From a virus (taxonomy: Duplodnaviria; Heunggongvirae; Uroviricota; Caudoviricetes): a stretch of DNA of 26,009 nucleotides. Positions 8,280-18,086 of this stretch are shown piece by piece. The notes under the pieces are model-generated. The model did not search any database and had not been told where the DNA came from. It saw nothing but the letters and a program-made list of their open reading frames with translations. Every line of letters begins with the position of its first letter. Position 1 is the stretch's first letter. A program made the translations under genes and the position numbers. The stretch lies in IMG/VR virus record IMGVR_UViG_2695420653_000006, positions 1 through 26,009 of that record; one strand, 5' to 3'.

Positions 8280-10478
8280 ATGGCAGAAAAAAAGATGGCT
8301 GACTGGCATCGCAAGGTGCTGTGCAACTTTGATAATGCCTGGTCAGCAACGCAGGATATGCGTGAGCAGATTATTGAGGCTCAACGTTTCGTCCGGGTGT
8401 CCGGCGCACAGTGGGAAGGCAGCACAAACGCTGGTTACTCATTTGATGAAGGAAGGTTTGAGCATTACCCGCGTTTTGAACTGAATAAGATTGCCCGTGA
8501 ATGTGATCGCATCATTGGCGAGTATCGACAGAATCGCATCAGCGTTAAATTCAGGCCGAAGGACGATAAGGCATCGGAAGCGTTAGCCGAAAAAATGAAC
8601 GGCAAATTCCGCGCTGACTATCAGGAAACATCCGGTGGCGAAGCGTGTGATAACGCATTTGATGATGCCGTAACGGGCGGATTCGGTTGTTTCCGCATGT
8701 GTGCCGATTACGAAGATGAAATGGATCCGAGTAACGAGCAACGCCGTATAAGCCTTCTCCCTGTTTACGACCCAGCGACATGCGTCTTCTTTGATCAGGA
8801 CAGCAAGCAATATGACCGCTCTGATGCTATGTGGGCTATGGAAATGTTCTCCATGACGCCCAAAGCGTTCGAGGCTGAATACCCTGATTCCACCGCGGCA
8901 AGCCTTTCTCGTGATGACACTGGCACTCAATATGACTGGTCAACGCCCGATGCCATCTATGTTGGGCGCTACTACGAAGTTCGCATAGAGAAGGTGAAGC
9001 TCACGGCGTGGCGCAACCCTGTTAGCGGAGAAACGGCAATCTATGATGAAGAGCAAATCAAAGATATTGTCGACGAGCTAACCGATGGCTCATTCGAACT
9101 GATTGGCGAGCGAACGGTGAAGAAACGCCGAGTTTATTGCGGTCTTCTGTCTGGCGCTGAATGGCTGGAAGAACCGAAGCGTATACCGGGTGAACATATT
9201 CCTCTCATCCCGGTATATGGGCGTCGCTCATTTGTTGATAATCAGGAGCGAATCGAAGGCCACGCAGCAAAAGCGATGGATGCACAGCGTCTTGAGAACC
9301 TGATGGTTTCCATGATTGCAGATAACGCTACTCAGGCTGGCGGTGATGGCATTCCTGTAGTTGATGTTGACATGATTCCTGGTCCTCTTGCCACTCATTG
9401 GGCGGAGCGCAACAAAAAGCGCCCGGCGTTCCTGCCGATGGTCAGTCTGAAAAACAAAAACGGAGATATTACTGCGCAGGCTCAGGTCAGCAGTTATACA
9501 CCTCCGACACAAATGCCTCCTGCTCTTGCCGGGCTATTGCAGTACACCGGAACGGCTATTCAGCAAATTACAGGTGCGTCGCAGCTTGAGAACATGCCGA
9601 GCAACGTCGCTACCGATACCGTTGATAGCATCTTTAACCGGATGGACACGCAGTCCTATATCTACATGGACAACATGGCTAAATCCATGCGCCGCGCTGG
9701 CGTCGTGTGGCTTTCTATGGCTCGTGAAGTCTATGGCAGCGATACGCCAATGCGCATCGTTAATGAGGATGGCAGCGATGACGTGGCGCTGATGACTGGT
9801 GAAGTGGTTGACCGTCAGACAGGGCAGGTTATCGCGCTTAACGACCTTTCGCAGGGTAACTATGAAGTGACTGTCGATGTCGGTCAGTCGTTCGCTACTC
9901 GCCGTGATGCAACGGTTAAGTCGTTACTTTCCATGCTGGCACTTATCCCACCAGGAACGCCGAAGCACGACCTTGTATCGTCGATGATTCTCGACAATAT
10001 GGACGGCGAAGGGATGGACGACCTTAAAGAATACAACCGCAATCAGTTGCTTCTGTCTGGCGTTATCAAGCCGAGAACACCTGAAGAACAGCAGATGGTT
10101 GAACAGGCGAAACAACAACAGGCTAGTCAGCCAGATCCGGCTATGGTTGCAGCGCAAGGTCAGCTTCTTGCTGGTCAGGCTGAATTGCAGAAAGCGCAGA
10201 ACGAACAGGCAGCCATTCAGGTTAAAGCATTCCAGGCACAGACTGATGCTCAGGTTGCAGCGGCAAACGTTGTGAAAATCCTCGCATCTGCTGATAGCCA
10301 GCAGAAATCTGATATCCGCGAGGCTCTGAAACTGCTCGGACAGTTCCAGCAACAGCAAGGAGACAATGCCCGTGCTGATGCAGAGCTTGTCCTGAAAAGT
10401 CAGGCACAGGGCCATGCGCAGCGCATGGACATCAGCAGCATCCTGCAAAAATCAACTCAGCAACAACCACAGCAGTAA
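8280..10478 (+). CDS. Portal protein (P22 gp1-like)
   Basis: 732 aa; C-terminal Q/A-rich helical barrel segment (TPEEQQMVEQAKQQQASQPDPAMVAAQGQLLAGQAELQKAQNEQ...) and conserved core blocks (RRVY, GEHIPLIPVYG) as in the P22 portal; directly follows TerL. Confidence 0.9.
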   Translation: MAEKKMADWHRKVLCNFDNAWSATQDMREQIIEAQRFVRVSGAQWEGSTNAGYSFDEGRFEHYPRFELNKIARECDRIIGEYRQNRISVKFRPKDDKASEALAEKMNGKFRADYQETSGGEACDNAFDDAVTGGFGCFRMCADYEDEMDPSNEQRRISLLPVYDPATCVFFDQDSKQYDRSDAMWAMEMFSMTPKAFEAEYPDSTAASLSRDDTGTQYDWSTPDAIYVGRYYEVRIEKVKLTAWRNPVSGETAIYDEEQIKDIVDELTDGSFELIGERTVKKRRVYCGLLSGAEWLEEPKRIPGEHIPLIPVYGRRSFVDNQERIEGHAAKAMDAQRLENLMVSMIADNATQAGGDGIPVVDVDMIPGPLATHWAERNKKRPAFLPMVSLKNKNGDITAQAQVSSYTPPTQMPPALAGLLQYTGTAIQQITGASQLENMPSNVATDTVDSIFNRMDTQSYIYMDNMAKSMRRAGVVWLSMAREVYGSDTPMRIVNEDGSDDVALMTGEVVDRQTGQVIALNDLSQGNYEVTVDVGQSFATRRDATVKSLLSMLALIPPGTPKHDLVSSMILDNMDGEGMDDLKEYNRNQLLLSGVIKPRTPEEQQMVEQAKQQQASQPDPAMVAAQGQLLAGQAELQKAQNEQAAIQVKAFQAQTDAQVAAANVVKILASADSQQKSDIREALKLLGQFQQQQGDNARADAELVLKSQAQGHAQRMDISSILQKSTQQQPQQ

Positions 10479-10568
10479 TTAACCCATAACGTGCAATGGC
10501 TGTCTTTATGAGGCCTGGCACCCTATTGCCTTCCGATGGGCTGAACATCGAGTAAACAGGGGTAACAA

Positions 10569-11462
10569 ATGGACCAGATGGCAGAAAACACACCAGAAGT
10601 TGAAATCGAAACCGACGCGTCAGAGCAGATTCCTGATGATGTCGAACTGGCTGAAGAAGTCGAAACAGAAGATGGCAGTGAGTCATCCGGCAATGATGTA
10701 GAGGAAGCTACTGAAACTGATGACGACGAATCAGAACAGGAATTCTACTTTGGTGACGAAAAGCTGGATTCGCCAACCAGCGAAGATGGCGCAGAGCATG
10801 GACTGGTAAAACACCTGCGCAAGACGATTAAAGAGAAAGACCGTGAGCTGAAAGAGCTGATGCGTCAGTCTCAGAAACCCGTCGAGCAGCAGCCGGTAAT
10901 CACTCAACCACCGCGAATGCCAAAACTGGACGATGAGGACATCGGTTTCGATGAAGAAATCTACCAGCAACGCATGGCTAAGTGGGCAGAGGATAACGGC
11001 AAGTACCAGCAACAGGAGATGGCTCGCAAGCAGAAGGAGCAGGAGCTTCAGGCTGCCTATCAAGAGCGATTATCCAAATATCAGCAACGTGTTAAGGCTC
11101 TCAAAGTTCCTGGCTATCAGGAAGCTGAGCAGGCTGTACTCGAGGAAATCCCCATCGAGACACAAAACGCGATCCTGTTTGAGTCAGAGAAGCCGGAAAT
11201 CGTTGTTCTGGCACTCGGTCGCAACGCTGAACTGCGCAAGCAACTGGCAGAAGCTACCAACCCCGTAGCAATTGGTCGTCTGCTGGAACGTATCGAATCG
11301 AAGGCCAGAATCATGCCAAAAGCAAAAACCACGGCAGCCACAACCCCGACAGTTAAGGGGAGCAACGGCGCAGTAATCAACAACCTCGACAAATTGAAAG
11401 CCAAGGCGCTGGAAACTGGTGACTGGACGCCGTATTTCGCCGCTAAAAAGGCAAAAAAATAA
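10569..11462 (+). CDS. Scaffolding protein (P22 gp8-like)
   Basis: 297 aa, highly acidic N-terminus, coiled-coil middle, basic helix-turn-helix-like C-terminus (DKLKAKALETGDWTPYFAAKKAKK); position between portal and coat; SD CAGGGG upstream. Confidence 0.8.
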   Translation: MDQMAENTPEVEIETDASEQIPDDVELAEEVETEDGSESSGNDVEEATETDDDESEQEFYFGDEKLDSPTSEDGAEHGLVKHLRKTIKEKDRELKELMRQSQKPVEQQPVITQPPRMPKLDDEDIGFDEEIYQQRMAKWAEDNGKYQQQEMARKQKEQELQAAYQERLSKYQQRVKALKVPGYQEAEQAVLEEIPIETQNAILFESEKPEIVVLALGRNAELRKQLAEATNPVAIGRLLERIESKARIMPKAKTTAATTPTVKGSNGAVINNLDKLKAKALETGDWTPYFAAKKAKK

Positions 11463-11480
11463 CCTATCGGAGCATTAAGC

Positions 11481-12734
11481 ATGGCTAACCAATTAGCAAA
11501 AGACCTTGAAATCATGTTCGAAAACTACGTTGAAGGCTTTGAGGCCGCCTGCGTAGTTTCCCGTAACGCTAAAAAATTCCGTCCCGGTGATACAGCAATG
11601 CAGCGAGCAGGTGATGTTCTGTATCGTCCGCAGCATTACCACATGAACATTGAGGAAGGCCTCGACCTCAGCAGCAAAACGCCAACAGCACTGGTTCAGC
11701 GCCTTGTTCCTTCTGTGTTCAAGGAGCCGAAAAACATTCTGTACACTCTGGATGCGCGTGAAATGCGTGACCCGGAACATAAAACTGAAGCTGGTCGCGC
11801 CGCAGGTATGCGCCTTGCTGCACAGATTGACTCTGACCTGATTTCCATGGTCACGCAGCGTGCTACTAACGTGATCACAATGGCTGATTCAACCACTGGT
11901 TCACAGGGCCGTGATTTGTGGAACTGTGCGGCAGGTATTGATGCCACCATGACGGCGATTGGTGTACCGCAGGGTATCAATCGTCGCTCTTTCTGGAACC
12001 CCTTCAACTACAAAGACCTTGCTGGCGAGCTTGGTCACCGTGCCTATGCTCAGGGCGCAACCCTGACAGCATACGAAAAAGCGCAGATCCCTCCGGTTGC
12101 GTCCTTCGATAGCTACAAGACCGATATTTCTGGTCGTGTTCCGAAGGGTACAGCAACTTCCCTGACGCTGGCGGCTGAACCTGCGCACAAGGTTGAAGCG
12201 AAAGATGCCAACGATATGCCAGTGGATAACCGACAGGGGACTATTACGGTATCTGCATCTGGGTTGCAGGTTGGCGATGCGTTCACCATTGCTGGCGTGA
12301 ATTCTGTACACCAGATCACCAAAGACACCACCGGGCAGCCGCAGGTATTCCGCGTTCTGGCAGTAAGCGGAACGACAGTAACTATCTCCCCGAAAATTCT
12401 GCCGCCTGACAACGCAGATGTCGCCAGCCGTCCATATGCAAACGTTGATGCTAACGCGGCAAATGGTGCAGCAATTACCATTCTCAACAAAAATGCCGCA
12501 CCGGCTAACCTGTTCTGGGCTGATGGTTCTGTTGAACTGATGTACGGCAAACTGGCGTTCCCGACTGGTCAGGGTCCACAGGTAATGACAGCAACCACCG
12601 AGCAGGGCGCTACGCTGATCATGTCTTACGCCTTCGACCACATCAAAGGTGTAACCACAGCTCGTTTCACCACTCTGTACGGTTGCTCGGTACTGGTTCC
12701 TGAATATACGGGCATCGTTATTGCCGGGCAGTAA
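11481..12734 (+). CDS. Major capsid (coat) protein (P22 gp5-like, HK97 fold)
   Basis: 417 aa; position after scaffold; conserved blocks shared with P22 coat (…AMQRAG…, …NLFWADGS…); strong SD GGAG upstream; followed by a strong terminator. Confidence 0.88.
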   Translation: MANQLAKDLEIMFENYVEGFEAACVVSRNAKKFRPGDTAMQRAGDVLYRPQHYHMNIEEGLDLSSKTPTALVQRLVPSVFKEPKNILYTLDAREMRDPEHKTEAGRAAGMRLAAQIDSDLISMVTQRATNVITMADSTTGSQGRDLWNCAAGIDATMTAIGVPQGINRRSFWNPFNYKDLAGELGHRAYAQGATLTAYEKAQIPPVASFDSYKTDISGRVPKGTATSLTLAAEPAHKVEAKDANDMPVDNRQGTITVSASGLQVGDAFTIAGVNSVHQITKDTTGQPQVFRVLAVSGTTVTISPKILPPDNADVASRPYANVDANAANGAAITILNKNAAPANLFWADGSVELMYGKLAFPTGQGPQVMTATTEQGATLIMSYAFDHIKGVTTARFTTLYGCSVLVPEYTGIVIAGQ

Positions 12735-12741
12735 TTTTGGT

Positions 12742-12764
12742 GGGGCTTCGGCCCCATTTTTATT
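12742..12764 (+). terminator. Intrinsic terminator/attenuator immediately after the coat gene
   Basis: GGGGC-TTCG-GCCCC (perfect 5-bp GC stem, TTCG tetraloop) followed by ATTTTTATT. Confidence 0.65.
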
Positions 12765-12775
12765 GGGAGAAGGCA

Positions 12776-12964
12776 ATGGCACGAACAATGCTCTATAAGC
12801 CTGGCAACATGATCACCTGTGGTCAGTTTGCTGTCGATTACATCATTGTTGATGACGAAGAAGTTAAATCTCACCTGAAAAAAGGTTGGGTAAAAACTCC
12901 TGAAGAAACCGCAACGAAGCAAAAAGTGGCTAAGGCGGAAGAAGATGGCGAAAACGAAGGGTGA
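12776..12964 (+). CDS. Small hypothetical protein (62 aa) between coat and gp4-like gene
   Basis: ATG at 12776 preceded by GGGAGAAGG; the upstream ATG at 12737 would lie inside the terminator hairpin; 3' end overlaps the start of the next gene. Confidence 0.5.
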   Translation: MARTMLYKPGNMITCGQFAVDYIIVDDEEVKSHLKKGWVKTPEETATKQKVAKAEEDGENEG

Positions 12965-13406
12965 TCTCGTTCTAAAGGCTTTACGAAAAGCCGGGCTGTA
13001 TTCCAATGCCACGTTGACAGAGGCTGACCCTCAGGCAATTGAAGATGCCATTAATGACCTCGAAGACATGATGGCAGCATGGCAGGCGAAAGGTATCGAG
13101 CTTGGGTATCAGTTTGCTGATACAGAAAACGGCATCATGCCGTTACCTGACGATGATTCAGGTATCCCCGCATGGGCAAATGATGGCGTCGCTTTGAAAC
13201 TCGCTGTGCAAGTGTGCATGGATAACGTCATTCAGCCGTCGGATGCTCTCCTTACCGCTGCTGACTGTGCATATCAGACAATCTGTATCGCTTTAACCAA
13301 AATACCACCACTTGAGCGGCGAAATGACATGCCTCGCGGTAGTGGTAACAAAAGCGCGTTTACGTGGAATCGGTTTTACATCGAGAAAGATGATCCGAGT
13401 ACGTGA
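12945..13406 (+). CDS. Head completion / tail adaptor protein (P22 gp4-like)
   Basis: 153 aa; N-terminus MAKTKGDLVLKALRKAG...ATLTEADPQAIEDAINDLEDMMAAWQAKG resembles P22 gp4; conserved gene order. Confidence 0.8.
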   Translation: MAKTKGDLVLKALRKAGLYSNATLTEADPQAIEDAINDLEDMMAAWQAKGIELGYQFADTENGIMPLPDDDSGIPAWANDGVALKLAVQVCMDNVIQPSDALLTAADCAYQTICIALTKIPPLERRNDMPRGSGNKSAFTWNRFYIEKDDPST

Positions 13407-13415
13407 GGTGAATAA

Positions 13416-14834
13416 ATGCCGATTCAGCAACTTCCGCTTATGAAAGGTGTCGGCAAAGACTTTCGAAACGCCGACTATATCGACTATCTGCCAGTGAATA
13501 TGCTGGCTACACCCAAAGAAATCCTGAACAGCAGCGGATATCTTCGCTCATTCCCGGGCATTGCCAAACGTTCTGATGTGAATGGTGTATCGCGCGGTGT
13601 CGAGTACAACATGGCGCAGAATGCTGTTTATCGCGTTTGCGGTGGCAAGTTGTATAAGGGCGAAAGCGAGGTCGGTGATGTTGCCGGAAGTGGTCGCGTA
13701 TCAATGGCGCATGGTCGAACATCTCAGGCGGTAGGCGTTAATGGTCAACTGGTCGAGTATCGCTATGATGGCACGGTTAAAACAGTCTCAAACTGGCCTA
13801 CAGACAGCGGATTCACTCAGTATGAGTTAGGTTCGGTTCGCGACATTACGCGTTTACGTGGGCGTTATGCGTGGTCAAAAGACGGAACTGATTCATGGTT
13901 TATCACTGACCTTGAAGACGAATCGCACCCTGACAGATACAGCGCACAATATCGCGCAGAATCGCAGCCTGACGGCATCATCGGCATCGGAACATGGCGA
14001 GACTTCATCGTCTGCTTTGGTTCATCGACGATTGAATATTTTTCCTTGACTGGTGCAACCACTGTTGGTGCCGCTTTGTATGTCGCACAGCCATCACTGA
14101 TGGTGCAGAAAGGCATTGCCGGAACTTACTGCAAAACGCCGTTTGCTGATTCCTATGCGTTTATCAGCAATCCGGCAACAGGTGCACCGTCTGTGTATAT
14201 CATCGGCTCAGGTCAGGTATCACCAATCGCCAGCGCGAGCATTGAGAAAATCCTCCGCTCCTACACTGCTGATGAACTGGCTGATGGTGTGATGGAATCG
14301 CTGCGATTTGATGCGCATGAACTGCTGATTATCCACCTTCCTCGCCATGTTCTCGTGTACGACGCATCTTCAAGCGCCAATGGTCCGCAATGGTGCGTAC
14401 TGAAAACAGGACTGTATGACGATGTGTACCGCGCTATTGACTTCATTTACGAAGGAAATCAGATAACGTGCGGCGATAAGCTGGAATCGGTGACCGGGAA
14501 ATTGCAGTTCGATATCAGCAGTCAGTATGGTCTTCAACAGGAACACCTGCTGTTTACTCCACTGTTCAAAGCGGATAACGCCAGATGCTTCGATCTGGAG
14601 GTGGAATCATCCACTGGCGTAGCTCAGTACGCCGACCGCCTGTTCCTCTCTGCAACCACTGACGGCATCAATTACGGGCGTGAGCAGATGATTGAGCAGA
14701 ATGAACCGTTCGTTTACGACAAACGCGTTTTGTGGAAGCGTGTCGGGCGAATCAGGAAAAATGTTGGCTTCAAATTGCGCGTTATCACTAAGTCACCTGT
14801 CACTCTGTCTGGCTGCCAGATAAGGATTGAGTAA
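13416..14834 (+). CDS. Tail accessory factor (P22 gp10-like)
   Basis: 472 aa; near-identical over long stretches to P22 gp10 as recalled ([49 protein letters not shown]...SGCQIRIE); SD GAGGTG upstream. Confidence 0.9.
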   Translation: MPIQQLPLMKGVGKDFRNADYIDYLPVNMLATPKEILNSSGYLRSFPGIAKRSDVNGVSRGVEYNMAQNAVYRVCGGKLYKGESEVGDVAGSGRVSMAHGRTSQAVGVNGQLVEYRYDGTVKTVSNWPTDSGFTQYELGSVRDITRLRGRYAWSKDGTDSWFITDLEDESHPDRYSAQYRAESQPDGIIGIGTWRDFIVCFGSSTIEYFSLTGATTVGAALYVAQPSLMVQKGIAGTYCKTPFADSYAFISNPATGAPSVYIIGSGQVSPIASASIEKILRSYTADELADGVMESLRFDAHELLIIHLPRHVLVYDASSSANGPQWCVLKTGLYDDVYRAIDFIYEGNQITCGDKLESVTGKLQFDISSQYGLQQEHLLFTPLFKADNARCFDLEVESSTGVAQYADRLFLSATTDGINYGREQMIEQNEPFVYDKRVLWKRVGRIRKNVGFKLRVITKSPVTLSGCQIRIE

Positions 14835-15535
14835 TGGCTGATTCGAATCTCAACACCCCTGTTATTGTGCAGGCGACGCGGCTCGATACATCAATCCTTC
14901 CACGCAATATATTCAGCCAGTCTTACCTGCTGTATGTCATTAATCAGGGGGCTGATGTCGGCGCAATTGCCGGGAAGGCAAATCAGGCTGGTCAGGGCGC
15001 TTACGATGCTCAGGTAAAAAACGATGAACAGGACGTCGAACTGGCAGATCACGATGCAAGAATCACCGCAAACACAAAAGCGATAAATCTACTTGAGGTC
15101 AGGTTAACAACTGCCGAAGGGAAGATAGTCGTACTGCGTAGCGATGTTGATTACTTGCTGGATGAGGTTATCGATATTCAGGCGCATCTGGTCACTGTTG
15201 ACCAAAGACTGGATAACGTAGAAAACGATGTCTCTGGCATTAAGAGTGATTACGTATCGAAAACCGTAACCGAATCGCAGTCTCTTGAGTCACCGCTGGA
15301 TGTAAAAACATCATATTCAGTTGATGGAATTCAGGTTGTTGGAGCAAGAAATACCGGATGGACTGCAGCCACAGGTACGCCACTTCTTGGCTCATTCAAC
15401 GCTAACCAGTCATACACTGTCGGCACTACGTACACGCAATCCGAAGTCGCAGCACTCGCTACAGGTTTGCAGCAGGCGAGGCAGCGTATTCTGGCGCTTG
15501 AAACGGCACTTAGATTACATGGGCTGATTGACTGA
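14834..15535 (+). CDS. Tail needle / plug protein (P22 gp26-like)
   Basis: 233 aa; N-terminus [73 protein letters not shown] and trimeric coiled-coil heptads match gp26; start overlaps gp10 stop (TAATG). Confidence 0.9.
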   Translation: MADSNLNTPVIVQATRLDTSILPRNIFSQSYLLYVINQGADVGAIAGKANQAGQGAYDAQVKNDEQDVELADHDARITANTKAINLLEVRLTTAEGKIVVLRSDVDYLLDEVIDIQAHLVTVDQRLDNVENDVSGIKSDYVSKTVTESQSLESPLDVKTSYSVDGIQVVGARNTGWTAATGTPLLGSFNANQSYTVGTTYTQSEVAALATGLQQARQRILALETALRLHGLID

Positions 15536-15990
15536 TGATTACATTCAAACCAACGCGAAATATCGACCTGATCGAAGCAGTCGGAAATCACCCTGACATT
15601 ATTGCCGGAAGCAACAACGGTGATGGATACGACTACAAGCCTGAATGCCGTTACTTTGAGGTTAACGTGTACGGTCAGTTTGGCGGCATTGTTTACTATC
15701 AGGAGATTCAGCCGCTGACATTCGATTGCCACGCCATGTACCTGCCAGAGGTTCGTGGCTTCAGCAAGGAAATCGGGATGGCGTTCTGGCGATACATTCT
15801 GACTAACACCACCGTTCAGTGCGTCACATCGTTCGCCGCACGCAAATTCCGCCACGGGCAGATTTACTGCGCAATGATTGGCCTTAAGCGTGTCGGAACC
15901 ATCAAGAAATACTTCAAAGGCGTGGATGACGTGACTTTTTACAGCGCCACACGCGAAGAACTAATCGACTTCCTGAATCACAGGAGATAG
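15535..15990 (+). CDS. Head assembly protein (P22 gp14-like)
   Basis: 151 aa; position after the needle gene as in P22; start overlaps previous stop (TGATG). Confidence 0.7.
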   Translation: MITFKPTRNIDLIEAVGNHPDIIAGSNNGDGYDYKPECRYFEVNVYGQFGGIVYYQEIQPLTFDCHAMYLPEVRGFSKEIGMAFWRYILTNTTVQCVTSFAARKFRHGQIYCAMIGLKRVGTIKKYFKGVDDVTFYSATREELIDFLNHRR

Positions 15991-15992
15991 CC

Positions 15993-16688
15993 ATGTTATA
16001 TGCATTTAAGCTGGGCAGAAAACTGCGCGGCGAGGAACCTTATTGCCCTGAAAAAGGCGGGAAAGGTGGCAGCTCTGATAAAAGCGCAAAGTATGCCGCA
16101 GAAGCTCAGAAGTATGCCGCAGACCTGCAGAATAAGCAGTGGCAGACGATCATGAAAAACCTTGCTCCGTTCACGCCACTCGCTCAGCAGTACGTATCAC
16201 AATTGCAGAATCTTTCCTCTCTTCAGGGGCAAGGTCAGGCACTTAACCAGTATTACAACTCTCAGCAGTACAAAGATCTTGCTGGTCAGGCTCGCTATCA
16301 GAGTCTGGCTGCAGCGGAAGCAACAGGTGGATTGGGTTCCACTGCAACCGGTAATCAGTTAGCAACAATCGCACCAACGCTTGGTCAGCAGTGGCTGTCT
16401 GGTCAGATGAACAACTACCAGAATCTGGCAAATATTGGTCTTGGCGCACTGCAAGGTCAGGCAAACGCCGGGCAGACATATGCCAACAACATGAGTCAGA
16501 TTTCGCAGCAAAGTGCGGCTCTTGCCGCTGCTAATGCCAATAAACCATCAGGTCTTCAGACAGCAATTAGCGGCGGAGCTTCAGGGGCTATGACTGGCGC
16601 TGCTCTTGGCTCTATTGTTCCCGGACTTGGCACTGGATTAGGTGCGGCAATTGGCGGCGGACTTGGCCTGCTTGGATCGTTGTTTTAA
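15993..16688 (+). CDS. Ejection (injection) protein, P22 gp7-like
   Basis: 231 aa; Q/N/A/G-rich low-complexity protein with Gly-rich C-terminus (GSIVPGLGTGLGAAIGGGLGLLGSLF); position and composition match P22 gp7; SD GGAG upstream. Confidence 0.8.
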   Translation: MLYAFKLGRKLRGEEPYCPEKGGKGGSSDKSAKYAAEAQKYAADLQNKQWQTIMKNLAPFTPLAQQYVSQLQNLSSLQGQGQALNQYYNSQQYKDLAGQARYQSLAAAEATGGLGSTATGNQLATIAPTLGQQWLSGQMNNYQNLANIGLGALQGQANAGQTYANNMSQISQQSAALAAANANKPSGLQTAISGGASGAMTGAALGSIVPGLGTGLGAAIGGGLGLLGSLF

Positions 16689-16697
16689 GGGGTAATC

Positions 16698-18086
16698 ATG
16701 GCTACTTGGCAAGGAACAAATGGCGGATTGTTGGCTGGTATCGGTGGCGTCAACTCAAACGCTCCGAGCGTAAATGACATCGGCAATACGCTTCAGCTTA
16801 TCAGGCAGAACAATGATATTGAGCGTTCAGGCGCTAACAATGTTGGGCTGACTGCTTTGCAAGGCCTTTCAGGTATTGCGGGGGTGTTTCAGCAGACAAA
16901 GCAGGCTCAGCGGCAGAAAGAATTTCAGCAGGCATACGCTAATGCTTATGCGTCTGGTGATCGCGGTGCTTTGCGTCAGTTGGCTACTCAATATCCAGAC
17001 CAGATTGAATCCGTTCGTAAAGGCATGGGATTCATTGATGAAGACCAGCGTAATTCTATCGGCACCTTAGCGGCTGGCGCACGCCTTGCGTCATCGTCTC
17101 CAGAAGCAATGCAATCATGGCTGCAAAACAACGCCAAGGAACTGACTCGCGTCGGTGTTGACCCTAACAGCGTTGCTCAGATGTATCAGCAGAATCCTTC
17201 AGGATTTGGTGAGTTTGTTGATCACCTTGGAATGGCTGCTCTTGGTCCGATTGATTACTTCAATGTTCAGGACAAGATGGCTGGTCGTGAGATTGATCGC
17301 GGAAAACTTGCAGAGACAATCCGCAGCAATCAGGCTGGCGAGGCGCTAACAGCACGAGGACAGAACATCACGATGCGCGGTCAGGACTTATCTGCTTCTA
17401 CTGCGCGACGCGGGCAGGATTTGGCAATGCAGCGAGCGTCAACAAGAGGAACTGCTGGTAATGATGAGCGTACAGTTCAGTTATCAGATGGCAGAACTGT
17501 AACGGTAGGCGGGAAACTTCACGGCGCTGGGGCAAATGCGTTCTACGAAGGCATCGACAACGAGGGGAATATGGTTCGCGTTCCTGCCAGTTCAATCGCA
17601 TCGCCTGCAACATCGTCTGCATCAGCACAAAACTATGCCATGAAGAAGGATATCGACGCGATCGCAAATGCAGATGCTTCTGCTCTCGATTTCATGACAG
17701 GAATGACCGGCGGCGCAGGTAACCCGGCAATTGGTGCTGATGTTCGCAGCCGATTAACAGGAAAAGAGCAGCGCCAGTTATATAACTCAGCACAACGTAT
17801 TCAGGGAAGAATGCAGAATCAGGGCGTGGCGGCAGCAAGGGACATGGGTGCCAGTGGTATTAACACCGTTGCAGAAGCGAAGATGTATTTTCAGGGGATG
17901 CCGCAGGTTGACTATTCAAGCCCGGAGGCTATGCAGCAGTCGATTCGTGAGATTCAGGAATACACCAACAATTATAACCAACAATATAACGTTAATGTTG
18001 GTAAATCTCAGCGGCAGCAATCTCAACCTGCACAGGTATCACAGCCAGCAGCCAGCAGTAACTTTTCTTCACTATGGGGTGATTAA
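16698..18086 (+). CDS. Ejection (injection) protein, P22 gp20-like
   Basis: 462 aa; order gp7-gp20-gp16 conserved; SD AAGGGG upstream. Confidence 0.8.
   Translation: MATWQGTNGGLLAGIGGVNSNAPSVNDIGNTLQLIRQNNDIERSGANNVGLTALQGLSGIAGVFQQTKQAQRQKEFQQAYANAYASGDRGALRQLATQYPDQIESVRKGMGFIDEDQRNSIGTLAAGARLASSSPEAMQSWLQNNAKELTRVGVDPNSVAQMYQQNPSGFGEFVDHLGMAALGPIDYFNVQDKMAGREIDRGKLAETIRSNQAGEALTARGQNITMRGQDLSASTARRGQDLAMQRASTRGTAGNDERTVQLSDGRTVTVGGKLHGAGANAFYEGIDNEGNMVRVPASSIASPATSSASAQNYAMKKDIDAIANADASALDFMTGMTGGAGNPAIGADVRSRLTGKEQRQLYNSAQRIQGRMQNQGVAAARDMGASGINTVAEAKMYFQGMPQVDYSSPEAMQQSIREIQEYTNNYNQQYNVNVGKSQRQQSQPAQVSQPAASSNFSSLWGD

Noticed and set aside
9924-10448. 174-aa minus-strand ORF inside the portal gene
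   Set aside because: Entirely antisense to a well-supported, conserved portal coding sequence; no RBS or recognisable motif; typical spurious ORF in the opposite frame of a GC-balanced gene.
11901-12788. 295-aa minus-strand ORF antisense to the coat gene
   Set aside because: Overlaps the coat protein gene completely; translation is Cys/Arg-rich and protein-unlike; no start context.
15331-15855. 174-aa minus-strand ORF spanning the gp26/gp14 junction
   Set aside because: Antisense to two well-supported structural genes; no independent evidence.
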